In this document: positions 12,065 to 25,230 of the stretch, one piece after another | Layout: the number at the start of each line of letters is the position of its first letter | How positions within the stretch are numbered: the first letter of the stretch is position 1 | NCBI GenBank assembly: GCA_965153285.1 | Contig: OZ229121.1 | Direction: 5' to 3' (one strand) | Origin: Podarcis tiliguerta | Taxonomy: Eukaryota | Length of the DNA: 64,000 nucleotides | Program-made: the position numbers and the translations under genes | Notes under the pieces: generated by a model | Databases searched by the model: none | Told to the model about the DNA's origin: nothing | What the model saw: the letters and a program-made list of their open reading frames with translations, nothing else

Positions 12065-14247
12065 TACATATATGACATTTTAAGAATGCTCCAATTATTA
12101 GAAGAAACAAAAATTTGATCCTGTGGCACGCAGAAAGAGAGCCTCTTAAAAGATGAGGTAGCTACACAAAGATGCTAAGAAGAAATTTTACTTCATTTAA
12201 TTATGCCAACTAATCATATGGCAAATTCACGAATCTGCGGCTGAAGTCACAACATAATTTGGAAAAATAAGCTAATTGGGCATTTCTCTGCGTTTCTTCA
12301 CCTTCAACTGAAAGGCCACTATGGAGTTGCTTTGGTGATGACAATCAAAAATTTCATCCTAATGGATACAGGAGTGACACCCTGTACTTTGTAAAAGTCA
12401 AGTAATATACACTTGCCCTTAAAACACATCTGGGGATTAATGTTTTATAAGTTCCCTTTCATTCTTTTGACCTTGGTGGTAGAGGATAAATAAAGAGCAT
12501 GCTTTCAGGAGGAGGAAAATGTGTTCCTATCAGTTTTGATCTAGACTACCTTCAGATAGCATTTTCCTGGTATTTCCTGACCTGACAGTTTCCACATTTT
12601 GGGTGATCTTTCAACACAACATAAAAGCTATTTCTGGAAAACTAGTGGAATCTTGAGGAAGTTTAGCACTCAGTTCCATTTATTTGCTTCCAGCAAAACA
12701 ACAACAACTATTTGCAACACCCTTGACCCAGGAAATCACAGGAGTTTTGCATTGAAATGTCACATGACAAAATCTGGGTTGGTATTCCAGAATAAAATTT
12801 AATATTTAGCACAATGTGGCAGTATATTGACAAAAAGCCACTGTTCCATAACGCAAAGCATACTGCAGTGTAAAAGGAACATTAGAATCTGGAATACAAG
12901 TGCTAGCATTATAATCAGGAAAACTCATGCAATAATTTCCACATCTGAATGCATCCTGAGACTTTGGGCAGTGACTTCCCTGATGGCATTTAAGATTTAA
13001 ATTATCCAGAGTGATAAGGATTTAAAATAGCAGGTTGGTGGGGTAAGTATTGTGCTGTGGGCTGGTGGGACCTTGTTCTAGGAAAATGGAGCGGGGTTTT
13101 AGTGTTGTGTTAATTTGCACTCCTTGAATGAGGAGTTAAATCCAAAGTGATGGGCCTGTACACCATTTAATATGAACAGAGATGCAGGGCTCCTCCCAGT
13201 TTTGCTGAAAAGCCAAACTCTTCTCTCCATCAACTGTCACCTGGAAGCAGCCATTCCATCAGGCTAAAAGCAGAGGAGAGAAGAGAAGAAACTTCATTTA
13301 TCAGCACAACAAAGAGAGACTAGCAACTTTTCTTGGAAAACTTTTAAAGGAAAGTGCCTCCTTTCCTTGAACTTCTAACTAAAAACTTGTACCAGAGTTT
13401 GCTTATTTCTTCCTACCTCCCAGTCTATTTCCCTTTCATGTTAGATCTTTTTCAGCTACAAGTCTCAGGGCAAGGACCGTCCTTTTTGATCTGTGAACTG
13501 ATCTGGGAGCCCTTTTCTGGCCAAAGTGCTGGGTTGTTTTTTAAACAACAACAAAAACCCTTAAATAAATAAATAAAGAGATTGCACATGAACACAGATA
13601 TTGGCTGATCTGGATTTTGTGAGCAAAAAACGACAGCATACTGAAACCAACATGTTTCTGAAAAAGTAAGCAGGCTAACCTACTCCCCCCCCCCCCCGCT
13701 GACTTTGGATCATACACTTCTCAGAATAGCAAGCTGCCTCTTGCTTTATTATATGAAACAGCATGATCATTACATGCACCATAGAAACAGGTACAGCATG
13801 ATTATAATTCTTGGCTGTAATCAAGAGTGAAAACTCAATCACTCCTAACCCTCCTACGCTTGTAAAAAGCACTTTACTCATCAGATACCAGGGTCAAACA
13901 TAGCCAGATTGTATTAGTTTTAAGGCTGTGGTCCTAAACACACTTCCCCATGAGTTAAACTCAATAGTGCTTACTTCTGAGTAGACACATATGGAGTTGA
14001 GTGGCATTTTTAAAAAAATGAAATGTATTTGTCAGTGGCTTCTATTTAACGTAAGAATAGAAAAATGTATTAATAATGAGTCTTTATAATACCAACTTCC
14101 AGGAAGGTTGCTGCGATAGTCTGCTGATATAAAGGCAGCAACCAGTTTTATAGGACCTTAATGACTAACAAATCCACAAAAGTGTGTGCTACTATACATT
14201 TGGTAGTCTTTAAGGATGCTACAAGTCAACTTTGTTGTTTTCTAATA

Positions 14248-14489
14248 CAGTGGTACCTTGGTTCTTGAACTTAATCCGTTCCAGGAGACCGTTCGACTCC
14301 CGAAACCGTTCGAAAACCAAGGCGCAGCTTTCAATTGGCTGCAAGAGCTTCCTGCACTCAAGCGGAAGCCACGTCGGACGTTCGGCTTCCGAAAAATGTC
14401 CACAAGCCAGAATATTTACTTCCGGGTTTGCAGCATTTGGGAGCCGATTTGTTCGGGAGCCAAGCCATTCGAGTACCAAGGTACCATTG
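14248..14489. mobile_element. Tigger/pogo-like MITE, family B
   Basis: TA|CAGTGGTACCTTGGTTCTTGAAC ... TTCGAGTACCAAGGTACCATTG|TA; CpG-rich interior. Confidence 0.85.
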
Positions 14490-15305
14490 TATAGGGTACA
14501 ACGCTACAAAGTGTATCTGGAGTGACACCGAGCTCCCTTCACTCCCGTTTCCATGGGGTAATCTAATGCACTGTTCCATTCTCTATTTCAAGTCCTCCTG
14601 AATTTTTAGAAACAACTCAACAGTTGTTCCGTCCCAATCTTAACTGCAACATTGAGTATTTCCTCCCAGGCTTCTTTTATTATATTAAAATGGAATTGGG
14701 ATCAGTTGGACTCTAGTCACAGTGAATAGGGGAGAAAAGGAAATACTAAAAGGCCTTTGAAGATCTAAATCCAGGGTCAGTACTACTGGCCAAGTAGCAC
14801 CCACTGGTTGATGCTATTTTCACAAAAAATATATTGGTAGCTAGGTGGAGCTTAGACTAATCCAGCAGGGTTTCTGCAGAAAAGTGGTATTCAAATCACT
14901 AGTACAGATTAATTATGCCTTGAATATTAAGGCATATGCACTATTGCTTTGCAAATTTAAAGCATGCATATAATGAAGCAGAACCAAAACAAGAGACTAT
15001 AGTCATTCGTCTAAAGCAAGTAATAGTATTTTGTGTTGATGTTGCAGTTAAGATAAGGAGGTGGCAGCTGTGCAGTGGTGTGTGTTTTTTAAACCAAGGA
15101 GGCCTTGAACAGAGAAGAGAACAGTGCATGAGAAGGGAATAGTGTATATCCCATAGACATATCCCACTTCCCACAGAAATACCATTCCATATATTATATA
15201 ATATTTGAATTGCTGTGCCCACATATTATAAAACCAAAGAATTATCAACCTCTTTATTGTAATGGAGAATGAAGTGTGAAAAAGGGAGGGATCTTTTTTA
15301 CAAAC

Positions 15306-15347
15306 CGTTTGCGACTGGACTTAACTGTCAGGGGTCCCTTTACCTTT
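15306..15347 (+). mobile_element. Sauria SINE 3' tail fragment
   Basis: CGTTTGCGACTGGACTTAACTGTCAGGGGTCCCTTTACCTTT matches the 3' end of the other copies in the window. Confidence 0.75.
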
Positions 15348-16469
15348 ATACCATAGAAGTCACAAAGGAGCCTTTTCTCTGCCCCAACAACCTTCTGAGT
15401 CATAATCCCCTAAACAAGTCAATACTAACCACCATCTTGTGTTTCTCTCTTGCTCTCTTTGGAATATACAAAGAGAGGTTTCTGCCTATCTAGCAGGAAA
15501 ACCAGGAAACAGTACTCCAATAGACATCTTTTGCCTCGTCTTGATGGGTTATCTGATAGGGGCTAATAGGATATAGGATGTCTCTCAGGTTCCTCAAGTA
15601 TGGATTCTTCTTCCTTCTCAATGTGGCCGGGGGGGGGTGGAGGGGGTGGTAGGAACAAACCAGACACACCCTCCACTGAATGTGTGCAATATACCATCAA
15701 CATGGGTCAGGATCTAATGCACTTGCTTTGTTAGTGCAAGGATTTCCCTTTGCACAACAAAACTTCTGCCTCCGCTTTCTGAGCATGTCCCACACTCTCC
15801 TCATGTCTGCTTCTGTCTTGCTTAATTCCCATAACTTTAATAAATCAGAAATCTGGAGCTGAGCATTGAAGCTTTACTTGGAGAATCGTATCCACACTGC
15901 TGTTCTCCCCAACACTATTGAATTCATTCCTAGAAGGAGACCTGGCTCAGCTCCATATCTTTCCTCTTTAACATATCACAAGTTTGATTTCTCCACATGT
16001 TGGTTCTGCCAACTGTGTGTAAAAAATACAAAGGGCATATTTCTACGGTTCTACCATGCAAGGGAAGATGAGACTAGCCTGTCTGCAACAGATGCATACA
16101 CAGTTTCCAAACATTTTATCTGGAATGAAAAGCAAAATATTTCGATAAGAATGCCCTGGCTTCTGCCCAAGACCAGACAACTTTTATAATAGCAGTCTAA
16201 TGGTCCAAACTCAGTGGCAAAGAAAGAGCAGAATCTACCCCAAGTTATCCAGTCAGAGAGCAAGGGCAAGGTTCAAGAGCTGAAGATTTGTAGCAAGAGT
16301 ACACAAGAGTTGAAAAAGTTGTTCCAACAAGTTTCCCTGCCTGCCTGCCAAGTTTTTAAGCAGAGAAGGCTTGGCTACTTGTGAGAATAAGTGCTCCTCC
16401 TCCTCCTCACTTCTCTTGATGTGCCACCTCTCGCTGGGAGACATTGCCAGGTGTGCCTCTGCCTATTAA

Positions 16470-16821
16470 CTCCCCCTAATGCACCACCGAATCTAATGCA
16501 CACCTCAATTTTCAAAACCTTGGAACCAGAAAAGCATTTGTTGTCAGTGGTGTTTTTCAAGCTTGCAATCAAATCTATTGCACCATCAAATCTAAAGCGC
16601 ACCCTAATTTTCACGATGTAATTTGGCCAAAAAAGGTACACATGACGTAAGTGATTGTTCCGGTTTGCAAACGTTCTTTTGGAACCCAAACGTCCAACGG
16701 AGCTTCCATTGGCTGCAGGAGCTTCCTGCAGCCAATCAGAAGCCGCAATTTGGTTTTCGAACATTTTGGAAGTCAAATGGACTTCCAGAATGGATTCTGT
16801 TCGACTTCCAAGGTACGACTG
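16470..16821. mobile_element. Composite of a Tc2-like MITE remnant (about 16470-16645) and an inverted, truncated family-B Tigger-like MITE (about 16646-16821)
   Basis: Repeated AATCTAATGCAC-like motifs, then ATTGGCTGCAGGAGCTTCCTGCAGCCAAT and terminal CCAAGGTACGACTG|TA, homologous to 14248-14489 in reverse. Confidence 0.65.
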
Positions 16822-19800
16822 TATGGTCATATTTGGTTAGCCGAATGTTTCTTTTAAATTATCAAAACATTTTTTAAAACATTTTTTGCAGACAGCTTCA
16901 TATCACTAATACACTGCTCCTTCAAGTTTTTATAAGAACACCAATTACAGACAAAATATTCATATGAATGCTGGAAAAAAGCAGTTGAATAAGAGCCATC
17001 ATTATTATTTCTTCAAAGGATAACTGCTCAAGAAATTGTCTTTAAAACCATAATATTCAAAGTAGTTTCATAAAAAAAATATAAAAGCTTGTGCTAAGAA
17101 CATGACCCACTTAGTTTCCTTAGCTGCTTTGTAACAGCTGACCTTTGGAACTAGCTACTACCATATCAGGTGAAAAGTAAACTTTTGTATACTTTTCATT
17201 GAGAAGGGTCCTAAGTGTTGACTTTCCCTGGGTCCAGAACTTCTCACAAAGAGCCTTGCTTTTAAATAGGTAAGAAGTAGCCAAGACTGCAACAGAGACT
17301 TCAGAACACACCTGACACTGTGTTCAACTGTGACTAAAGAATTCAATTTAATTGAAATATATCAGCTCCATGGCAAAGTTCCTATGAACTCATCCATTTG
17401 TCTAGAAAATATGGTTTCAAAGAGAAGTCTACTTAAAAATAAACACCATTGGAATTGTAAGGAGAAAGTGCATTATGGTTTTTCTGTTAAGGACAGAAGT
17501 CTTTTCTAGATCAACAAAAACCAAAAAAAGAAGCAGAGAGGTTTCTTCCTCCTTATGACATACTTTGCTAAACTGGAGCATGAAATGGAAAAGTTAAAAG
17601 CTTCCTGCAAGATTAAAACATGGCACCAACATGAAACGATAACGTGTGTGAATATCTAGGGCATCTATATTGGTTTATCTTATTATCCTCTAGTGTACTG
17701 ATTAATTCACTTGGTATGTTAAAAATGCCACCAAGTCTCTATTAGCAAAAGAAAGAATAACACTTCTGGTCTCAAGAGATCTCCTGCTTCACGATTGCTG
17801 CCAGTGTCTAGACTACGAATTACTATTATTATTTTATTTAAACTATTCTACCTGACATCAACTTCGCATAGTGCTCTCATTCTCCTTTTTATGTATTATA
17901 ATTTGAAGTGTAAGAAGCACACTAAATATAAATCAATCATTGTTGCTTGACTACAAGTTTTTCCAGATTAGGATCCAGTCAGCTGTTAGACAGTAGAAGT
18001 GACAGAAGAAATGAGGGTTAGAGGAAGTGATTTTGCAGACTGTACCCAGTGACAGCAACCAACAATGCTGATGCCAAGGCAAAGTCTCAGCCTGAACTGG
18101 AAACCTTTATAGTTTTGAGGTAGTATTAAAAACTCTCTGAGGTTCATAATCTAAGCATGGGAATTACGAGCTTCAGCAAAACTGCTTATGCCAACCAGTT
18201 GTGATCAGTAAACATATTCCTTTCAACAAAGAACATAAGTAGAGTGCAAAATGGGTAGGAATTTCATGAGTAGGATCTGTGCAGTGCTTGGGAGATTTTG
18301 GGCATGAGAGAGGCCTGATTATAAGTCTAGGGCTTGCACCTGACCTGCTCCTGGCATTGTTATCCATTCATGGTAGGGAAGAGACTGATGCTTTGCACAA
18401 GGATTTCCTAACCTTTTTTGTGTCAGCCAGAATAACCTTCACTAAACAATGGGAAACTAATGGTCAACACTCTACTGGAGGACTGGTATAGACAAATATA
18501 GCCAGCTGCACTGATGGAAAAAATAATAAAACCAGTGAGAATGCAGGCAACTTCCATGAAAAACAAGCATACGTACTTTCCAGAAACAATGATATTGCTT
18601 TATTGAATATATAGCACAGAAGGAAAACAACTGGAGTCCCCCATCATCATATGACGATACATTGAGCAAGACTAGATTGCTCAAATGGCACAATATGGGC
18701 TGTGTATATCATAATGGAACTTATCAGAATGTCTAAATTGTAAATAATATGTAACTTCTATGTTGTTGTTGTTTTGATTAATGTTATTGTCATTATAAGC
18801 AAATTGGGTAAATAGATCATGTAAAAATGTGTATATAAACTTAAAGGCACATAAAAACTTGCAGACTTCTCTCCCACTAGAATGTGGAAATGAATAGTCT
18901 GCAAGCAACACAGGACAGATGTAAATTCCTATCACCAAAAAAAACCCCAACTATGTATAATTCAGCATGTACCAGCTGGACTGACAAAAATCCACATGGA
19001 TATTACTTTACTGGAAAAGTTATTTGGTTGACCAAATAAAGTAATCCAGGAGAAAGGAAGCTCCTAGATTACATGAAACCCATCTTTGGCCAGAAGAAGA
19101 TTAAATATATGAGATATTTTACATTCAATTTTAAGACTACATTTTAGATATTAAGCAGGACTAATATTTCAAAATATCAATATTGACTTATCATGCAAAG
19201 TCAAATGCAAGTCCTCAAGATCTAATCAAATGAGGATACCAGAAAAGACTTTTAAAAGGTAAGATTTACAAATGCACGCTATTAATAGTAATATCGCCAT
19301 CTATAAACAATGCAATCCTATGTACACTTACATGGTAGTAAAATCCATAAGCAATGGACTCTGCTTTTGCTGTTAAATACTCTGTATTGCAAAAGAAAAA
19401 CATCCAAAAGTCAATAGCATAATTACACTTATCTAGCCACCAACTTCTAATGTTTACCACAAGCTGTTAAAATCGTTCTCAGAATAAATGACAAGGCCAC
19501 ATTAAACACATTGCATTGCAGCGTTACCAGCATAGCTAATATGGAAGGCTTGCTACTACAGTGTTGATGGACTTCCTGTAGTTATTTCATGATGCACCAT
19601 GAAACAATGTGCTCTTCCTGACTACTGGCCAGAAAATACAATTTATCATGAAAAGATTAACCTCCCCTCCCCCAAGCTATAAAGCTTTTAACTGGTTTAG
19701 CTGCACAGTTCAGTAAAGTTGGTAAGTGTAATATTGCAGATAAGTGCATCTCTGCTATCTATAGCCACTCTTTGTTACATATCGTAATTACAGAGTGTCG

Positions 19801-20449
19801 CAATCTACAGAACATCCAAAACACAGAAAGATTTACTAATCCAGCCACAAAATACAAATAAAGAGGAAGTGGATAATCTCTTTGTGAGGTACTCTGAGGA
19901 AGGTTAACAGATGGCTGGACTGCAAGAGCAAGAGAGAGTGAAAGCTCAATAAAGGAGGCATCTACATGGCATTTTCTGTACTGCTTTTAAGAGACAGCCT
20001 GAACCAACTCTATCTGGCATCGTTTAAAGAAAATATACAGGTGCACAATGTAGCTGCTAATGAACTATTGAACTATCAAGGTGTAATTGTGCCGTCAGTT
20101 TAAAACTACCAGCTGTACTGATGGTGGCACAACCAGCATTTGTTTCTGTGCAGCTTTGCCGTTTGATTGTGTTCACCTGTAACGTATCAGAATTGGTGTT
20201 CTGTTACAAAATGTACCAGCTAAATGGTAGATTGCATCTTTTCATGCTTGGGATGTAAGATTTTTTAAATTATCAAAGAGGAAAACTGTCCTTGCCTGTC
20301 TATGTCTTTAACTGCAGCTCATTCCGCAGACAACAGATTGAGATGCTACACACAGATAAAACATTTCCACTTGCTCACTGCTGTTGATACAGTGGCTTTT
20401 AAAGACACAACTGTCGGAGGGGGGTGTCCAAAAACTGACACTGGTTTTC

Positions 20450-20453
<4 letters not shown>

Positions 20454-20483
<30 letters not shown>
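20454..20483. repeat. (AC)15 microsatellite
   Basis: Read directly. Confidence 0.95.
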
Positions 20484-20485
<2 letters not shown>

Positions 20486-21206
20486 CCCAGCTGGCATTCA
20501 TAATTAAATGCCCACTGATTGCCAGGAGCATTTGCATTAGTACCTTATAGTATTTCAAGTATGTACTGGGTTTGCTGTACAAAAAAAGGGCAGATCCAAA
20601 CCATGCATTTAAAGCACACCCTATGCATAGCTGATTATCCCCCCCCCCCCCAAGAATCCTGGGTACTGGGTGGGTACTGCAGCTGCGCAAGTTGTTCCTC
20701 GACAGCCCCAGGTCTTCCTTTGCATCTGCAGTTTGATCTCAAGCCACAGCTGCAAAGAAAGAATCAGGCGTGGACTTGTGCCCTCCCGGTTATTCCTTTG
20801 AAGCCAAAATTTGATGCTTTTCAAATCTGGTGCATTTTTTCTGTTGCCATGCAGGGTGGCAAGAAAGGCTGCCCAATCCAAAAATGCTGCATTTAGCCTG
20901 AAAAATAGGAACTTGGTATACCCACCCCTACTTCCTTTAGCCACAGTTTGAGGTTTCAAGCCATGGCTTGAACTCCCCCCCCCCCCATGATATCGTATTT
21001 GACATTGGGCCTGGGAAATATGGGCGTGGTTTGCCCAAAGCAGCCTGCCAGCCCAACTTCCAGGACTTGCCAAGCCTAATTAGGCCCATGGGCTGGAGGT
21101 TTCCCACCAAGGTCTCAGCATATAGGTGCAAATCATGTTCATTTCCCATCTACATGCTGTACATATACAGTGCACCACTGCACATTTCCCAGTCGATACA
21201 TGGAGG

Positions 21207-21450
21207 CAGTTTTTCCGGGTCATGTGGCCCACATGACTAAGCAGCTTCTGGTGAAACCAGAGCAGTGCACGGAAACGCCGTTTACCTTCCCACCGAAGCG
21301 GTACCTATTTCTCTACTTGCACATTGACATGCTTTTGAACTGCTAAGTTGGCAGGAGCTGGGACCAAGCAACGGGAGCTCACCCCATCGCAGGGATTCAA
21401 ACTTCTATCAGCAAGCTCAGTGGTTTAGACCACAGCGCCACCCGCGCCCC
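21207..21450 (-). mobile_element. Sauria SINE, 3' part missing
   Basis: CCGGGTCATGTGGCC...GTACCTATTTCTCTACTTGCAC...CCACAGCGCCACCCGCGCCCC. Confidence 0.9.
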
Positions 21451-21459
21451 ACACGTAAC

Positions 21460-21607
21460 AAAATATTTATTTTATCAAAGTAATTGTTTTTTATCTTATA
21501 TTTTGGAAATCTACATCCAGTTTTTTTCCTTTAATTTTTTTGGGGGGGCCCAAGAGAGCGGGGCCCTAAGCTATAGCTTGTTTAGCTTATACGTAAATCC
21601 GGCACTG
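21460..21607. mobile_element. One arm of a probable hAT non-autonomous element abutting a Sauria SINE
   Basis: Ends GGGCCCTAAGCTATAGCTTGTTTAGCTTATACGTAAATCCGGCACTG (CAGTG-type terminus). The other end was not found. Confidence 0.5.
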
Positions 21608-23394
21608 CTCCAAATCATATTGCAAAGTCGGCATATCAGTTCTCTATAAAACCCTCTAAGGTGCCTAAACACTGAATGGAAACAAAGCAATTTTGTTACA
21701 GATGCAGTTGTGAGATATGATGGTAGGTGTAATGCAAACAGGACACCTCTGTGGTTCTGGCTGAAACTTTAAAGTGAGAGAGCAGGGAGGAGGATCCCCT
21801 TAATATGTGCTGTAGGTAAATCAATAGGTATCTGCTCTCAGGACTACCACCCACCCACAAGGCCTGGCACATTGTGGAGAGTACCTACCCTGTTCCCCAT
21901 CATCCTTCTATTATTCTCATCATAATTTATTTTTATTAGGTGTAACACGTACAAAACACTTTTTATCATTAGAAATATTCGCTACAATACAGCTCTGTGG
22001 GCTAATCTGAAAAGACAGACAAAAGACACAGGAGCAATCACTCACAAACTCAGCTGGTGAGTGCCAGCATGACTGTAGCGAAAATGGGGTCTCTGAGAAA
22101 TAAGGAAGTACTAGCTTGCTTGGTGGAACCCCAAAGTTTGGAACCCCAAAGTTTGCAGAAATATATAAATGTGCTTGGAAAAAAGCTAAGGGACCAAAAG
22201 CCTTCCCCCACCAAATAGCTCCATGAGGATTGAACATGATCATAGAATCATAAAATGGTAGAGTACGACCGGGAGCCAGAAAATGCTGCATATCTGGGGG
22301 TTGGGGGGGGGGGAGGGGAGAACAGAAAACCAGAGGAGGGGTGATAAATAGAATGGACCATCCTATAAAAACAAATGGTTGGCTGGAAACCTGAACAACA
22401 GCACTCCACAGCACAGCAGTTTGTTCTGAGCCCATTTTCTACATAATTGTGAAGCAGCCATTTCTGAACTAACTATTAATTGGCTCTTCAGATGAGGTAA
22501 AAGCCATGTAGCCTTTCCTCTTTCTTTCAGGTATTCGGATAAGCTGATATCACACTATTCTGACACAATAGTTTACTCTTCTTCAGTACCCTAGCAAGAA
22601 TGACATGTTGTTATTGGAAACAGAATTTTAAAAGATTCCAAACTTTGCATAGAAAACACCAACTTTTAATTTGTATACAAGTTTTTTTGTGGGGTTTTTT
22701 TTAACAAAGGCCAACTCAGCCCTGCCCCTATCTTGGAAAAAAAGGCTTTTTACACATCTCCAACATCAGGGATACAGTCAGCAGGTGACCCACCCACCCT
22801 GAAATAGGTCGGCAGGAACCTTCACCCCACCCAGCCACAAGCGACTGCTCTGCTAGTTTTAAGATTCCACAAGATTTTCTGTGGATTAGTTGCAATCATC
22901 ATTGCTACTCTTCTGTAATTGCCAATGCTACGTGTTCTTAGTTTCATATTAAGTACATCAATATACAGGAAAATGTTGCAAATGTTGGCGGCAATGGTAA
23001 CAAGCTGCTTGATTTGAACATGGTTGAATGCCTTGCAAAAATGGTTCATACCCCAAAGTAATAATGGTCTTTAATTTCACCTAAGTATGCAGCAAATATG
23101 TGACTGGTTTAAATTTAGGGTAGCTAAGTGATCATTGGTGAAAGACAGGTGAAGTCATTTACCTAGTTAAGAATCAATTAACTCAGAAGTATCAATTTAA
23201 CTTTTAAGGGGCAAGTGGTACTTCCTGAAAAATATCATGAAATGTTACGTAACTCCAGTTGGCTTGATCTGTCTGTGGCCATGCAATGTAAGCTGGAGAC
23301 AAAACAGTTAATACAATGAATAAGAATAATTTTATGCCTTTTTAAGTTTAATGATTTCAAAACTATTATTATAATTAATTAATTTTGTTAGTGG

Positions 23395-23600
23395 CTTTAT
23401 CTTGCCCAGGGCAACCCAAAGCCAATTTCAACCAACCAACCAACCAGATAATTAAAACCCACATAGATACATTAAAACCGGGGGGGGGGGGGGAGAGAAA
23501 TATATTAAAAACATCCCACCCACTTCTAAAAGGCCACAGATACTGCCAGGTCAAAGACCTGGTTATGGGGGAAAGTTTTTGTCTCGCACCAAAAAAAATA
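23395..23600 (-). mobile_element. Probable L2-clade 3' end fragment
   Basis: CCCAGGGCAACCCAAAGC, A-rich UTR, then AAAGACCTGG..AAAGTTTTTGTCTCGCACCAAAA (reverse of an F....KTF...VF terminus). Confidence 0.5.
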
Positions 23601-24677
23601 AGACCAACTCTCCCTTTTGGAAAATAACCCTGATTTCAGAAAATTCTCTTGTAGGATTGCTTCTAATCAGCTAACATGGAAAACTGGGTCTACCCATGTT
23701 ATATTTTCACTATTTTGATGATAAATTATGTTGCAGTAGGCAGATGGTAAACGTGATTCTCTATTTCTCTTCTCCTTGTCTGAGTAAAGAGAGCCAGCAA
23801 TGTTTAATAATCTTAACAATAACAATAACAGCAGCTTACATTCTATAAATAAGATCTGTGACCTGTATAGTGAATAAAGCAGTGTACAGACAGAATGGAT
23901 TCAAATTTCTCCTGTGTCACTTTGAAAAATGCAATCTCCATTAGAATTTGTAAGTCTTGTTGTGCTTTGATGTCATGTGCACAGTTGTATTTACACTGAA
24001 GGAAATCTTGTATGGCACTTTTTCCTTAAGGCTCTCTAAATATTTTTTAAAAAGAAATATTAATTCACATGTAAACAGGAACAGGACAATAATTCTGTAT
24101 TCTTTCTGCTTTTATTTTATGGATAACTATGGATCTGTGTACATTGTATAGAGAGAGGCGAGAATATTCAAAGAACAGTTGCTAATCTGCCTAATGAATA
24201 AGGAGCTTTGTAAGCAGCATAATATTTTGAAAAGAAGCTCGTTCCCGTGAACAAGAGATCCGATTACCATGTGACAATTTACAGTAGCCTTTTGTAGAAA
24301 GGAAACAGAGGCCTTCAGAGGCTTGCAAATAATGTAATAATCTTCTGGAAAGTACAGTTTTGATTTATTGGCAATACTCACCGGAGATTCTTGATTTTGG
24401 AGCTGCACTTCATTGCACAAGTGAAAATGGATACATTTAATAATGGTTTGTTAAATTATTTTAAATGTTAAAGTAAGCACGACATTGGTTTTTCAGGTTG
24501 CCCTCACCACATGCCCAGAACGGAAGGGGCTGAAGAACATCATGCATACTTGCACATTAGTTGAACTTTTAGATATCACACTACCTCCAAGGATCTGAGG
24601 ATGACAAAACTCTACCACACCCCAAATCTAGCTCCACAACGAATCTGTGAGGCAGGTTAGAAGCAGGACATGACACT

Positions 24678-24785
24678 TAAGAACATAAGAGTTCTACTAG
24701 ATCTGATCAAAGACCTATTCCTAGTCCAGTATCTTGTTTCCCATGGTGGCCAACCAAGAGCCTCTGGGAAGTCCATGAGGGCAAT
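24678..24785 (-). mobile_element. CR1-type 3' end fragment
   Basis: TAAGAACATAAGA..GATC..CTAGTCCAGTATCTTGTTTCCCATGGTGGCCAACCA..GCCTCTGGGAAG. Confidence 0.7.
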
Positions 24786-24814
24786 GATCGAGTGATGTTC
24801 TGACTTTGCAACGA

Positions 24815-25230
24815 AAGAAAGATGGTATCTCCCTATACAAACCTGCCCAGGTGACAAGATTCTCAGGTGAGCACCTTCTCTTGGTCCCATAAATATCAGA
24901 GGCAGAATTGGTGGTGACTCGAGAGAGCCTTTTTTTGTGGCTGCTCCCATATTCTGGAATACCCTGCCCAAAAGAGGTTAGGCTGGCTGCCCACAGGATA
25001 ACATCTCCTTATTCAGATAGGAGTTTGATAATTAAGGTGTAGACAATGCTGTTTCCTGGGCTGCTTTCAGGGCAAACTGGTTTTAAATGTGTTTCGTGGT
25101 ATTGTTTATAACTAGTTCATTTTTATTACTTTGTATTTATTATGGTGTTTTTAAATATTGTAAGCCACCCTGAATGCCAACTTCAGAGAAAGGAGGTAAT
25201 ATGTAAGCATATTAAATTAATGAAATAAAA
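24815..25230 (+). mobile_element. L2-clade LINE 3' fragment
   Basis: GAGAGCCTTTTTTGTGGCTGCTCCCATATTCTGGAATACCCTGCCC (RAFFVAAPIFWNTLP) and terminal TGTAAGCCACCCTGA..AAATAAA. Confidence 0.75.

Noticed and set aside
14219-16877. Clusters of overlapping ORFs at 14.2-14.6 kb and 16.4-16.9 kb
   Set aside because: They coincide with MITE interiors; no transposase motifs.
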